NCBI GenBank assembly: GCA_050942925.1
Contig: JBMNOF010000001.1
Location: 151,666-215,665 of the forward strand
DNA: 64,000 nt
Direction of reading: 5' to 3'
Source: Candidatus Spyradocola sp.
GTDB taxonomy: Bacteria; Bacillota; Clostridia; Christensenellales; UBA1750
A program made the translations under genes and the position numbers. Numbering within the stretch: position 1 is the stretch's first letter; each line of letters opens with the position of its first letter. Of the stretch, positions 1-8,087 are shown one piece after another. Below the pieces are notes generated by a model that saw only the letters and a program-made list of their open reading frames with translations, did not search any database and had not been told where the DNA came from.

Positions 1-1665
1 GATCTTCACAACGCGCTCCACGCCGTAGACGAAGATCTTGCCGTCGCCGATGTGGCCCGTGTAGAGGGTCTTCTTCGCAGTGTCGATGACCTTCTGCACC
101 GGAATCTTGCTCACGACGACTTCAACCTGCACCTTGGGCAGCAGGGTGGCGTCCATTTCGACGCCGCGGTACTTCTCGCCGGCGCCCTTCTGCAGGCCCA
201 TGCCCATGACCTGCGTCACGGTCATGCCGGTGACGCCGATGGCGTTGAGGGCCTCCTTGAGGTTCTCCAGCATGCCCAGCTTGATGATCATGACGACCTT
301 GTGCATGCCGGTGTGGAGATCGTTGGCCGTGGTGACCTTGACCGCAGCGTCGACCTGCGCCGGCGTCGCCTTTTCAATGTCGCTCTCGCCAAGGTCGGTG
401 TTCTCGTTCACGGAGAGGGCCGCGTAGGAAGCATCGCTGATGGCAAAGCCCGCGTACGCAGAGGCCAGGCCGTGCTCGTGGATGTCCAGACCATCAATTT
501 CCACCTGAGCGGGAACGCGCAGGCCGATGGTCTTGTCGATGATCTTGAAGACGACGAACATGACGACCGCAACGTATACGCCAACGCTCACCAGGCCGAG
601 CGCCTGCACGCCCAGTTTCGCAAAGCCGCCGCCGTAGAACAGGCCGCCTTCCGTCGCGAAGAGGCCGACCGCCAGGGTGCCCCAAGCGCCGTTGACGCAG
701 TGGACGGTGACCGCGCCGACCGGGTCATCGATCTTGGCGATCTTGTCGAAGAACTCAATGCTAAACACGCAGAGGATACCACTGATGATGCCGATGATGC
801 AGGCGCCAACCGGAGAAACCAGGTCGCAGCCCGCGGTGATGGCCACAAGGCCCGCCAGCGCCGCGTTGAAGGTGATGGAGACGTCCGGCTTCTTGTAGCG
901 AATCCAGGTGATGATCATCGCCACAACCGTCGCCATGGCCGCCGCCAGGTTCGTGTTGAAGAAGATCAGGCCCGCGCTGTTCATCGTGTCGTCGCCAGTC
1001 ATGGAGATGGTGGAGCCGCCGTTGAATCCGAACCAGCAGAACCAGAGGATGAAGACGCCCAGCGCCATGGCCGTCATGTTGTGGCCAAGGATCGCGTGCG
1101 GCTTGCCTTCCTTGTCGTACTTGCCGATGCGGGGCCCGAGCATGGCCGCGCCGACCAGTGCGGTGAGGCCGCCGACGAAGTGGACCGCCGTAGACCCAGC
1201 GAAATCATGGAAGCCCAGGCTGGACAGCCAGCCGCCGCCCCAGATCCAGTGGCCGCTGATCGGGTAAATGATCAGGCTGATGGCCGCGGAGTAGACGCAA
1301 TAGGCTTTGAAGTTCGTGCGCTCCGCCATGGAGCCGGAAACGATCGTCGCGGCCGTGGCGCAGAACACGGTCTGGAAGATGGCAAATACCCAGATCGGCA
1401 ACCCGTTCCCCAGGAAGGAATAGTCGCCGCGGATCAGCGGGTCAAAGCCGCCGATCAAGGGGCCGGTTCCATAGAACATGAGGCCAAAACCAATCAGCCA
1501 GAAGCACGGCGTCCCGATGCAGAAGTCCATCATGTTCTTCATCAGGATGTTGCCGGTATTCTTCGCACGCGTCAGACCGCTTTCACACAGGGCGAAGCCG
1601 GCCTGCATAAAGAACACCAGCGCTGTCGCAACGAGTGTCCATATCACGTCCGCTGAGTTGTACAT
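1..1665 (-). CDS. amt: Ammonium transporter (Amt family) fused in frame to a C-terminal P-II (GlnB/GlnK-like) domain; the 3' end runs off the left edge
   Basis: Absent from the ORF track because there is no stop in the window. I translated the minus strand from the ATG at 1663-1665, which has AGGAGGAGG 6 nt upstream. It gives MYNSADVIWTLVATALVFFMQAGFALCESGLTRAKNTGNILMKN..., which is Amt-like. It continues without a stop through a linker of about 45 aa into MHKVVMIIKLGMLENLKEALNAIGVTGMTVTQVMGMGLQKGAGEKYRGVE...GDGKIFVYGVERVVKI, a P-II fold with the T-loop Tyr. Confidence 0.85.
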   Translation of the reverse strand, partial: MYNSADVIWTLVATALVFFMQAGFALCESGLTRAKNTGNILMKNMMDFCIGTPCFWLIGFGLMFYGTGPLIGGFDPLIRGDYSFLGNGLPIWVFAIFQTVFCATAATIVSGSMAERTNFKAYCVYSAAISLIIYPISGHWIWGGGWLSSLGFHDFAGSTAVHFVGGLTALVGAAMLGPRIGKYDKEGKPHAILGHNMTAMALGVFILWFCWFGFNGGSTISMTGDDTMNSAGLIFFNTNLAAAMATVVAMIITWIRYKKPDVSITFNAALAGLVAITAGCDLVSPVGACIIGIISGILCVFSIEFFDKIAKIDDPVGAVTVHCVNGAWGTLAVGLFATEGGLFYGGGFAKLGVQALGLVSVGVYVAVVMFVVFKIIDKTIGLRVPAQVEIDGLDIHEHGLASAYAGFAISDASYAALSVNENTDLGESDIEKATPAQVDAAVKVTTANDLHTGMHKVVMIIKLGMLENLKEALNAIGVTGMTVTQVMGMGLQKGAGEKYRGVEMDATLLPKVQVEVVVSKIPVQKVIDTAKKTLYTGHIGDGKIFVYGVERVVKI

Positions 1666-1692
1666 AGAGATCCTCCTCCTGAATAAAATAAA

Positions 1693-1736
1693 AGAGAACA
1701 ATGGCATTTCTTTTCTAAGAAACGCCATTGTTCTCT
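1693..1736 (-). terminator. Strong intrinsic terminator or leader hairpin immediately upstream of the amt SD
   Basis: On the minus strand: AGAGAACAATGGCGTTTCTT-agaa-AAGAAATGCCATTGTTCTCT. This is a 20-bp stem (19 Watson-Crick pairs plus 1 G-U) followed by TTTATTTTATT. Confidence 0.65.
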
Positions 1737-1746
1737 TTCGGTCCCT

Positions 1747-1775
1747 ATTTTAGCATCGGCTTTTTCGTCTGTCAA
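1747..1775 (-). promoter_or_regulatory. Candidate sigma-A promoter upstream of the amt leader hairpin
   Basis: On the minus strand: TTGACA (1770-1775), a 17-nt spacer, then TAAAAT (1747-1752). Confidence 0.4.
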
Positions 1776-1790
1776 TAGCTTTTTCCATTT

Positions 1791-2339
1791 TTACCTAGTT
1801 TTTTCGCCGCGCCCGCTTTGGTAGCACCTGAGGTACACCCGCGTGCACTTCCGATAGCGCGCAAAGCAGCGCAGCGCCGCCTGCGGGTCCCCGTAGACCT
1901 TCCAGCAGCCGCAGAGGCGGTAGTTCTTGCCGCAGTTCTCGATAAAGCCCTGCACATCCTCCAGGGGATAGCCCAGAAACAGCCCGATCTCGTGCGGAAA
2001 GCAGGCGGAGCGCGCGATCCGCTTCAGGAGCCGCTCCACGTTCTCCCCCACCTCCGCGCCGGGGTCGTACCCGCGGCCGCGCAGGAACTCCGCCGCCCCC
2101 GGCTTTGCCCACTCGCGCCGCAGATGTCCTTCCCGGTAGAGGTAGAGCAGCGCGCTCCCGCTGTCCCAGCGCGCGGCGCGAACGCGCACGCCCCGCGCGC
2201 CCAGCGCCCGGGACCAGACCCGCTCCGCCTCCTCCAGCTCCGCCCGCGGCCCGGATAGGCGCACCAGGCTCGCGCACTTGAGCCCCGCCAGCGTCGGCGC
2301 GCAGTGCGTGAGCAGCACGCGCTCCATCGCCTCGCTCAT
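1791..2339 (-). CDS. DUF3793-like protein with a Cys-rich C-terminus
   Basis: This is the internal ATG of track ORF 1791..2534 (MSEAMERVLLTHCAPTLAGLKCASLV...CFPHEIGLFLGYPLEDVQGFIENCGKNYRLCGCWKVYGDP). It overlaps the upstream gene stop as ATGA. The family assignment is from memory of this motif. Confidence 0.7.
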   Translation of the reverse strand: MSEAMERVLLTHCAPTLAGLKCASLVRLSGPRAELEEAERVWSRALGARGVRVRAARWDSGSALLYLYREGHLRREWAKPGAAEFLRGRGYDPGAEVGENVERLLKRIARSACFPHEIGLFLGYPLEDVQGFIENCGKNYRLCGCWKVYGDPQAALRCFARYRKCTRVYLRCYQSGRGEKTR

Positions 2340-2623
2340 GCCCCGCACCCCTGTCTCTGCAGCAGGCCCTTCAGCGCCGAGGCGCTGCTGCTGTGGCACC
2401 GCGCAACCGAGGCGTTGCACCGCTTGGCCTCCCGCAGCGCCATCTCCACCATCTTGTGCGAGACGGTGCCCGTGAACAGAATCAGCAGGTCCGGGCTGCC
2501 CATCTTGCACCGGATTCCATCCCGCATCCGGCAAAATACCTTTGCCTCATGGCCGTATTCGCTGCAGATCTGCCGGTATCTGCACGCCATGCACTCATTC
2601 CCGCCGACAATCACAATGGACAT
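2336..2623 (-). CDS. DUF2325-like small protein
   Basis: Track ORF of 95 aa (MSIVIVGGNECMACRYRQICSEYGHEAKVF...LLILFTGTVSHKMV). The SD GAGGAGGAGG lies upstream. It is translationally coupled to the DUF3793-like gene. Confidence 0.7.
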   Translation of the reverse strand: MSIVIVGGNECMACRYRQICSEYGHEAKVFCRMRDGIRCKMGSPDLLILFTGTVSHKMVEMALREAKRCNASVARCHSSSASALKGLLQRQGCGA

Positions 2624-2642
2624 CTTCCGCCTCCTCCTCTTG

Positions 2643-2696
2643 GTTAGTTATAACTAACTACAGCGTCAGTATACCATAGGAAGGGAAGCGGGTCAA
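2643..2696 (-). promoter_or_regulatory. Promoter plus perfect 16-bp palindromic operator in front of the DUF2325/DUF3793 operon
   Basis: On the minus strand: TTGACC (2691-2696), 17 nt, TATACT (2668-2673), then the palindrome GTTAGTTATAACTAAC (2643-2658) just before the SD. Confidence 0.5.
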
Positions 2697-2698
2697 GG

Positions 2699-2736
2699 GC
2701 AAAAAAAGGCCGGCCGAAGAGAACTCTTCGGCCGGT
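2699..2736 (-). terminator. Intrinsic terminator of the feo operon
   Basis: Stem CCGGCCGAAGAG/CTCTTCGGCCGG (2710-2735), followed on the minus strand by a T7 run (plus-strand A-run 2701-2707). Confidence 0.8.
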
Positions 2737-2741
2737 GCGTA

Positions 2742-2879
2742 TTATTCTTGTTTGGATTTGCAGCCCTTGCAGGCGGCGCAGTTGCCGCAGCAGCAGCTCT
2801 TCTGGCGCCGCAGAAAGCGGAAGGCGCCCCAGATGGCGGCGGCTAGCAGCAGCAGAATCAGAACATCCCAAACACCCAT
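2742..2879 (-). CDS. FeoB-associated Cys-rich small membrane protein (45 aa)
   Basis: Too short for the ORF track. My translation is MGVWDVLILLLLAAAIWGAFRFLRRQKSCCCGNCAACKGCKSKQE. That is one TM helix plus a Cys cluster, starting 3 nt after the feoB stop. Confidence 0.8.
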   Translation of the reverse strand: MGVWDVLILLLLAAAIWGAFRFLRRQKSCCCGNCAACKGCKSKQE

Positions 2880-2882
2880 GGT

Positions 2883-4895
2883 TCACACCCCCAAAATCAG
2901 TCTGCCGATCTGGTAGACCAGGAAGGCCACGATCCAGGCCACGCAGCACTGGGCGAACATGGCCAGCGCCGCATAGCGGGTGCTGCCCAGCTCGCGCCGG
3001 ACCGCGGCGACGGCCGCAAAGCAGGGCATGTACAGCAGCGTGAACGTCAGGAACGAGACGGCGGACAGCGGCGTGAACAGCGAGCCGAGCACCGTGGTCA
3101 GCTGCGCGGTATCCGGCACATTGGTCAGCACCGCGAGGGTCGAGACCACCGCTTCCTTGGCGGAGAGGCCGGTGAGCAGCGCGGTGGAGCTGATCCAGTT
3201 GCCAAAGCCCAGCGGCGCAAAGATCGGGGCGATGAACCGCCCGATGCCCGCAAGCATGCTGTCGCTCTTGTCGCTGACCATCATCAGGCGCGTGTCAAAG
3301 CTCTGCAGGACCCAAATGACGATGGACGCCATAAAGATGATGGTAAAGGCCTTGACCAGGAAGTCCTTGGCCTTCTCCCACATGTGGATGACGACGGACT
3401 TTGCGCTGGGCAGGCGGTAGGCCGGCAGCTCCATGACGAAGGGAACGGGTTTGCCCTTGAAGATCGTGCCCTTGAGCAACAGGCCGTAGAGCACGCCCAC
3501 GACCATGCCCCCGACATACAGTCCGATCATCACCAGCGGCGCGATGTTGGGGAAGAAGGCCGCGGTAAAGGTCGCATAGATGGGCAGCTTGGCCGAGCAG
3601 GACATGAAGGGCGTCAGCAGGATGGTCATGCGGCGGTCGCGGTCGCTGGCCAGCGTGCGCGAGGCCATGATCGCGGGAACGGAGCAGCCAAAGCCGATCA
3701 GCATCGGGACGAACGAGCGCCCGGAGAGCCCGATCTTGCGCAGCAGCTTATCCATGACAAACGCGACGCGCGCCATGTAACCGCTGTCCTCCAGGATGGA
3801 GAGGAAGAAGAACAGCGTCACGATCGTGGGCAGGAACGACAGGACCGAGCCCACGCCCACGCACACGCCGTCGATCAGCAGCGAGTGCACGGCCTCGTTG
3901 ATCCCCAGGGTGGTCAGCCCCTGGTCCAGAAGGCCCGTCAGCGCGTCAATCCCCATGGAGAGCAGGTTGGACAACACCGCGCCGATGACGTTGAACGTCA
4001 GGAAGAACGTCAGCAGCATCACGCACAGGAAGATCGGAATGCCGAAGTACTTGTGCGTGAGCAGGCGGTCGATCTGGATCGAGCGCTGCAGTTCGCGGGA
4101 ATTCCCATTCTTCTTGACCGCGTCCTTGCAGGCGTTCGCGATGAAGTCATAGCGCATGTCCGCGAGCGCGGCCTCGCGGTCCGTGCCCAGGTTCGTCTCC
4201 ATCTCCTGGACGATGTTGTCGATGATCCCCTTTTCGCTCTCGGTCAAGTTCAGCTTGCTGAGCGTGATGGGATCGCCTTCGACCACCTTGGTCGCCGCGT
4301 AGCGGGAGGGGAGCCCCGCCTCCTTAACTTCCTTTTCGATGATGTGCGCGATGGAGTGCACCGCGCGGTGCACCTCGCCCTGGCACAGGTCCAATCCGCG
4401 CGGGCGGTCCTTCTGCTGCGCCGCCTGGATCGTCCTCTGCACGAGCTCCTCGCAGCCCTCGTTCTTCGCCGCGGAAATCGGCACGATGGGCAGGCCCAGG
4501 TTCTTGGAAAGGAGCGGCACATCGATGGAGTCCCCGTTTTGCCGGACCTCGTCCATCATGTTGAGCGCGACCACGACCGGCACCCCGACCTCCATCAGCT
4601 GCAGGGTCAGGTACAGGTTCCGCTCAATGTTCGTGGCGTCCACGATGTTGATGACCGCCTCCGGCTTGTCCACCAGGAGGAAGTCCCTCGTCACGACCTC
4701 CTCGGCCGTGTAGGGAGAAAGAGAATAGATGCCGGGCAGGTCCACCAGCGTCATGTTCTTCTGTCCGAGGATGGCTCCCTCTTTCTTTTCGACCGTCACG
4801 CCCGGAAAGTTGCCCACGTGCTGATTCGAACCCGTGAGCTGATTAAACAACGTGGTCTTTCCCGAGTTGGGGTTGCCAAGCAATGCAATAATCAT
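2883..4895 (-). CDS. feoB: Ferrous iron transporter FeoB
   Basis: 670 aa. The N-terminal G-domain reads MIIALLGNPNSGKTTLFNQLTG...DLPGIYSL, followed by a polytopic membrane domain. Confidence 0.95.
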   Translation of the reverse strand: MIIALLGNPNSGKTTLFNQLTGSNQHVGNFPGVTVEKKEGAILGQKNMTLVDLPGIYSLSPYTAEEVVTRDFLLVDKPEAVINIVDATNIERNLYLTLQLMEVGVPVVVALNMMDEVRQNGDSIDVPLLSKNLGLPIVPISAAKNEGCEELVQRTIQAAQQKDRPRGLDLCQGEVHRAVHSIAHIIEKEVKEAGLPSRYAATKVVEGDPITLSKLNLTESEKGIIDNIVQEMETNLGTDREAALADMRYDFIANACKDAVKKNGNSRELQRSIQIDRLLTHKYFGIPIFLCVMLLTFFLTFNVIGAVLSNLLSMGIDALTGLLDQGLTTLGINEAVHSLLIDGVCVGVGSVLSFLPTIVTLFFFLSILEDSGYMARVAFVMDKLLRKIGLSGRSFVPMLIGFGCSVPAIMASRTLASDRDRRMTILLTPFMSCSAKLPIYATFTAAFFPNIAPLVMIGLYVGGMVVGVLYGLLLKGTIFKGKPVPFVMELPAYRLPSAKSVVIHMWEKAKDFLVKAFTIIFMASIVIWVLQSFDTRLMMVSDKSDSMLAGIGRFIAPIFAPLGFGNWISSTALLTGLSAKEAVVSTLAVLTNVPDTAQLTTVLGSLFTPLSAVSFLTFTLLYMPCFAAVAAVRRELGSTRYAALAMFAQCCVAWIVAFLVYQIGRLILGV

Positions 4896-5122
4896 GCTTT
4901 TTCCTCCACAATCTCGATTTTCTGGGCGTCTTCCAGGCGAATCGTGAGCTCATATCCGCGCAGGAACAGCTCAATCGGGTCCCCCATGGGCGCCACCTTC
5001 CGCACCATCACGCGGGTGCGCGGCGTCAGTCCCATGTCCAGCAGGCGGCGGCGCAGGGCGCCCTCTCCTCCAACGGTCTGTATTACACCATATGCGCCGA
5101 CTTTCAATTTATCCAGGGTCAT
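4892..5122 (-). CDS. feoA: FeoA family protein
   Basis: 76 aa with the SH3-like FeoA motif (LRRRLLDMGLTPRTRVMVRKVAPMGDPIEL). It overlaps feoB as ATGA. Confidence 0.9.
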   Translation of the reverse strand: MTLDKLKVGAYGVIQTVGGEGALRRRLLDMGLTPRTRVMVRKVAPMGDPIELFLRGYELTIRLEDAQKIEIVEEKA

Positions 5123-5143
5123 GCTCCTCTTCTCCCCTCAAAT

Positions 5144-5159
5144 GTTAGCGCTTGCTAAC
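5144..5159. promoter_or_regulatory. Putative operator upstream of feoA
   Basis: Inverted repeat GTTAGC-gctt-GCTAAC lies 22 nt upstream of the feoA ATG. It has the same outer half-sites as the palindrome at 2643-2658. An extra half-site GTTAGC is at 5187-5192. Confidence 0.4.
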
Positions 5160-5276
5160 TTATTCTGCAAAAGAAATCGGCCAAAAGTTAGCCTCTGCTT
5201 ACAATATACGCATCCACCTGCGATTTGTCAATCCCCTCCCCTGTTAAGTTCTATTTTTTGCTCCACAAAAGAAGAA

Positions 5277-5304
5277 CCCGCCTGTTTCACGTGAAACAGG
5301 CGGG
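5277..5304 (-). terminator. Terminator of the soj-spo0J operon formed by a 28-bp perfect palindrome that contains parS
   Basis: CCCGCCTGTTTCACGTGAAACAGGCGGG, followed on the minus strand by TTCTTCTTTTG. It lies 12 nt after the spo0J stop. Confidence 0.7.
5283..5298. other. parS: parS centromere-like site
   Basis: TGTTTCACGTGAAACA is a perfect 16-bp palindrome matching the Firmicute parS consensus TGTTNCACGTGAAACA. Confidence 0.85.
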
Positions 5305-5315
5305 GAAAAAAGCGC

Positions 5316-6179
5316 TCAATCTTCCTGAATGCGGAGGAACTCGTAGATCCTCTCGAGGTCCTCGGCCGAACTGTAGTGCAGGACGACCTTTCCGTGCTTG
5401 GCGTTTCCGGTGACGGTCACCTTCGTTCCAAAGCGGCGGCGCGCCGCCTCCTCCACGAGCGCCAGCTCTGCGCAGCGCGGGCGCTCCGGCTTGGGCGCAG
5501 CCGATTCGCGCATGTACTTGACGAGGGATTCCGTCTGGCGAACGTTGAGCCCGCGCTGCACGACCTGGCGAGAGAGGTTGATGATATCCCTCTCGTTCTC
5601 CGCGCCGAGCAGGGCGCGCGCATGTCCTTCGGTGAGGTCTCCAGAGGCAACGTAGTCTGCGACCTCGGACGGGAGGCTGAGCAAGCGTAGGAGGTTGGCG
5701 ACGGCCGACCGGCTTTTGCCGAGACGCTGCGCCACCTGTTCCTGCGTGAGTCCGCACTGCTGCATGAGGGCGTGAATGGCCTGCGCCTCTTCCATGGGAT
5801 TGAGGTCCGTCCTCTGGATGTTCTCGATCAAGGACATCTCCATGCGGCGGATCTCCTCCACGTCGCGGACGATGGCGGGAACTTCGGTCAGCTCTGCCAA
5901 GCGGGCCGCGCGCCAGCGACGCTCGCCAGCGACGATGGTGTACCGCTTGCCGTTCGGGGCAAGGATAATGGGCTGAATGATGCCGACCGAGCGGATTGAC
6001 GCCGCGAGCTGATCCAGCGCTTCGGGCGCAAACTGTTTTCTCGGCTGGTTCTTGGTGGGATCAATGCTCCCAATGGGGATCATCTGCACGTTGTTTTCCT
6101 GGTTTTCCTCCTCGACTTCGGGGATGTCGCTGAAGAGCGCATTGATGCCCTTGCCCAGGCCGCCGCTCGCTTTCGCCAT
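5316..6179 (-). CDS. spo0J: Chromosome partitioning protein ParB/Spo0J
   Basis: MAKASGGLGKGINALF...GERRWRAA...HTH. I prefer the start at the ATG at 6177-6179, with the SD GGAGGAAAG. The track ORF extends to 6194. Confidence 0.9.
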   Translation of the reverse strand: MAKASGGLGKGINALFSDIPEVEEENQENNVQMIPIGSIDPTKNQPRKQFAPEALDQLAASIRSVGIIQPIILAPNGKRYTIVAGERRWRAARLAELTEVPAIVRDVEEIRRMEMSLIENIQRTDLNPMEEAQAIHALMQQCGLTQEQVAQRLGKSRSAVANLLRLLSLPSEVADYVASGDLTEGHARALLGAENERDIINLSRQVVQRGLNVRQTESLVKYMRESAAPKPERPRCAELALVEEAARRRFGTKVTVTGNAKHGKVVLHYSSAEDLERIYEFLRIQED

Positions 6180-6180
6180 G

Positions 6181-6951
6181 TCACTTTCCTCCATTCCACT
6201 TCAAAAAGTCCTCCGCCAGACTCTCATAGGCGAGGGCGCCGGCAGATCGGGGATCATAAAGGTTGATGGGCTGCCCAAAGCTGGGGGCTTCGCCCAAGCG
6301 CACGTTTCGCGGAATAATGGTGGCGTACACCTTTTGCGAGAAGAACTTCTTCACTTCATCCACCACCTGCAAACCCAGCTTTGTGCGCGCGTCCAACATG
6401 GTCAAGACGACGCCCTCAATCTCCAAATTCGGATTGAGGCGCTTCTTGACCAGGCGCACCGTGTTCATCAACTGGGTCAATCCCTCCAAGGCATAGTACT
6501 CGCATTGAATGGGAACGAGGACGGTATCCGAAGCCGTGAGCGCGTTCAGCGTCAACAAACCAAGCGAAGGCGGACAATCGATAAACACATAGTCGTATAA
6601 GGGCTTGACGACGTCCAGCTGGTGAGACAGAATGTGCTCTCGCGCCATGGCGGAAACCAACTCGATCTCCGCACCCGCCAACTGAATGTTGGAAGGGAGG
6701 ACGTAGAGATTCTTGATGCAGGTATTTTGAACCGCCTCCTGCACCGAGGTATCATTCATCAAGACGTCGTACACCGACGACTCCACGCGGTCATGATTCA
6801 CGCCCACGCCGCTCGTCGCGTTGCCCTGCGGGTCCAAATCGACCAACAGCACGCGATGTCCCTTTTCCGCAATGCAAGCGGACAAATTGACCGCTGTCGT
6901 CGTCTTTCCCACGCCGCCTTTTTGGTTTGCAATACAGACCACTTTAGACAA
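6181..6951 (-). CDS. soj: ParA/Soj ATPase
   Basis: [25 protein letters not shown], the deviant Walker A motif. Confidence 0.95.
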   Translation of the reverse strand: MSKVVCIANQKGGVGKTTTAVNLSACIAEKGHRVLLVDLDPQGNATSGVGVNHDRVESSVYDVLMNDTSVQEAVQNTCIKNLYVLPSNIQLAGAEIELVSAMAREHILSHQLDVVKPLYDYVFIDCPPSLGLLTLNALTASDTVLVPIQCEYYALEGLTQLMNTVRLVKKRLNPNLEIEGVVLTMLDARTKLGLQVVDEVKKFFSQKVYATIIPRNVRLGEAPSFGQPINLYDPRSAGALAYESLAEDFLKWNGGK

Positions 6952-7166
6952 AAAAGACCCGCCTTCCTTCCGTTACACAAGCTCGTCCACAGAGGGCTGA
7001 ACTTATTATACCGGATTTCGACGGGAAAGAGAAGGGGGATGGCTCAATTCCGGATGAGGATTTTCAAAATCCTGCTCAAATCTGCCGGATCAGAAGAAGA
7101 TGACAAAAGGTCGTGTGGGGAGGACGATGTCCTATTATAGCATACCAGGTCAGAAAATGGAAGGAT

Positions 7167-8012
7167 TTATTTTGCGGGCAGATGCGGAATCCAGACGCGG
7201 ATCTCCAATCCGCCATCGTTTTCGCTGGAATCGAATTTGGGCGCGAGACCGGCATCGGACATCTGCCGGACGATCGTCTTGATGGAATTGACGAACAACC
7301 GGGTATCTCGCACAAAACCGCTGATTTTGTTGGTTTTTGTCGGTTCTTCTTCCTCAATTCCATACATGCGGGAGATCGTGCGCTCGACAAGGTCCTCCGT
7401 CGCCTTAACGTTCAAATTCTGTTGTACAATCAAATTTACGATCTTGATCTGCATCTCCTCGTCGTGCAGGCGAAGCAGGGCGCGCGCATGCCGCTCGGTC
7501 AAATTGTACTGCAGGAGCATGCGCTTCACCGTCAGCGGCAGCTTGAGAATGCGCATCTTGTTTGCGATGGTGGACTGGTTCTTGCCGAGCCGCCTGGCCA
7601 GCTCGTCCTGCGAGAGACCGTGGTCCCGTATGAGGTTCTGATAGCCCTCCGCTTCCTCCATGTAGTGCAGGTTTTCGCGCTGCAGGTTCTCCATCATGGC
7701 GATGACGGCGCTGTCCTGCTCGTACGCGGAGAACACAATCGCGTCGATCCACTTCAGCCCGGCCATCCGGCAGGCCCGCAGCCGCCTCTCCCCCGCGATG
7801 AGCTCATAGGTCTCATTCCCGGTCTTGCGCACGCTGATGGGCTGCAAGAGGCCATACTGCTTGATGGAAGCGCAAAGCTCCTCCAAGGCCTCCTGCGCAA
7901 AGACGCGGCGCGGCTGGTAGGGATTGGGACGAATCGCATCGATGGGGATTCGCGCAACCTCTCTTTCGCGCATTCGGAGGTTCCGTCGATTCATTGTGCT
8001 CTGTGCCTGCAT
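7167..8012 (-). CDS. noc: Nucleoid occlusion protein (ParB paralogue)
   Basis: A ParB-type core plus a Noc-like C-terminus (QNLNVKATEDLV...VRDTRLFVNSIKTIVRQM...LEIRVWIP). Its position between rsmG and soj matches B. subtilis. The start is uncertain (GTG 8021 or ATG 8012). Confidence 0.85.
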   Translation of the reverse strand: MQAQSTMNRRNLRMREREVARIPIDAIRPNPYQPRRVFAQEALEELCASIKQYGLLQPISVRKTGNETYELIAGERRLRACRMAGLKWIDAIVFSAYEQDSAVIAMMENLQRENLHYMEEAEGYQNLIRDHGLSQDELARRLGKNQSTIANKMRILKLPLTVKRMLLQYNLTERHARALLRLHDEEMQIKIVNLIVQQNLNVKATEDLVERTISRMYGIEEEEPTKTNKISGFVRDTRLFVNSIKTIVRQMSDAGLAPKFDSSENDGGLEIRVWIPHLPAK

Positions 8013-8043
8013 ACATTTCACTCCATTTCCTGCTGTTTCACGT

Positions 8044-8059
8044 GAAACAAGGCTCTCCG
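8044..8059. other. parS: Second parS site, in the noc 5' leader
   Basis: TGTTTCACGTGAAACA, an identical 16-mer to the one at 5283-5298. Confidence 0.85.
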
Positions 8060-8087
8060 CATCTGTTTTCTGCCTTCATTATACAGA

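Noticed and set aside
52-1656. 534-aa plus-strand ORF
   Set aside because: This is an antisense shadow of the amt-PII gene. The product is Arg/Ala/Gly/Asp-rich and low-complexity, with no SD. The minus strand gives a clean Amt and P-II translation.
1791-2534. N-terminal 65-aa extension of the DUF3793-like ORF
   Set aside because: It overlaps the DUF2325 gene in another frame. The internal ATG at 2339 gives the ATGA coupling.
3384-5294. 636-aa plus-strand ORF
   Set aside because: This is an antisense shadow of feoB/feoA. Its composition is typical of an out-of-frame high-GC reading.
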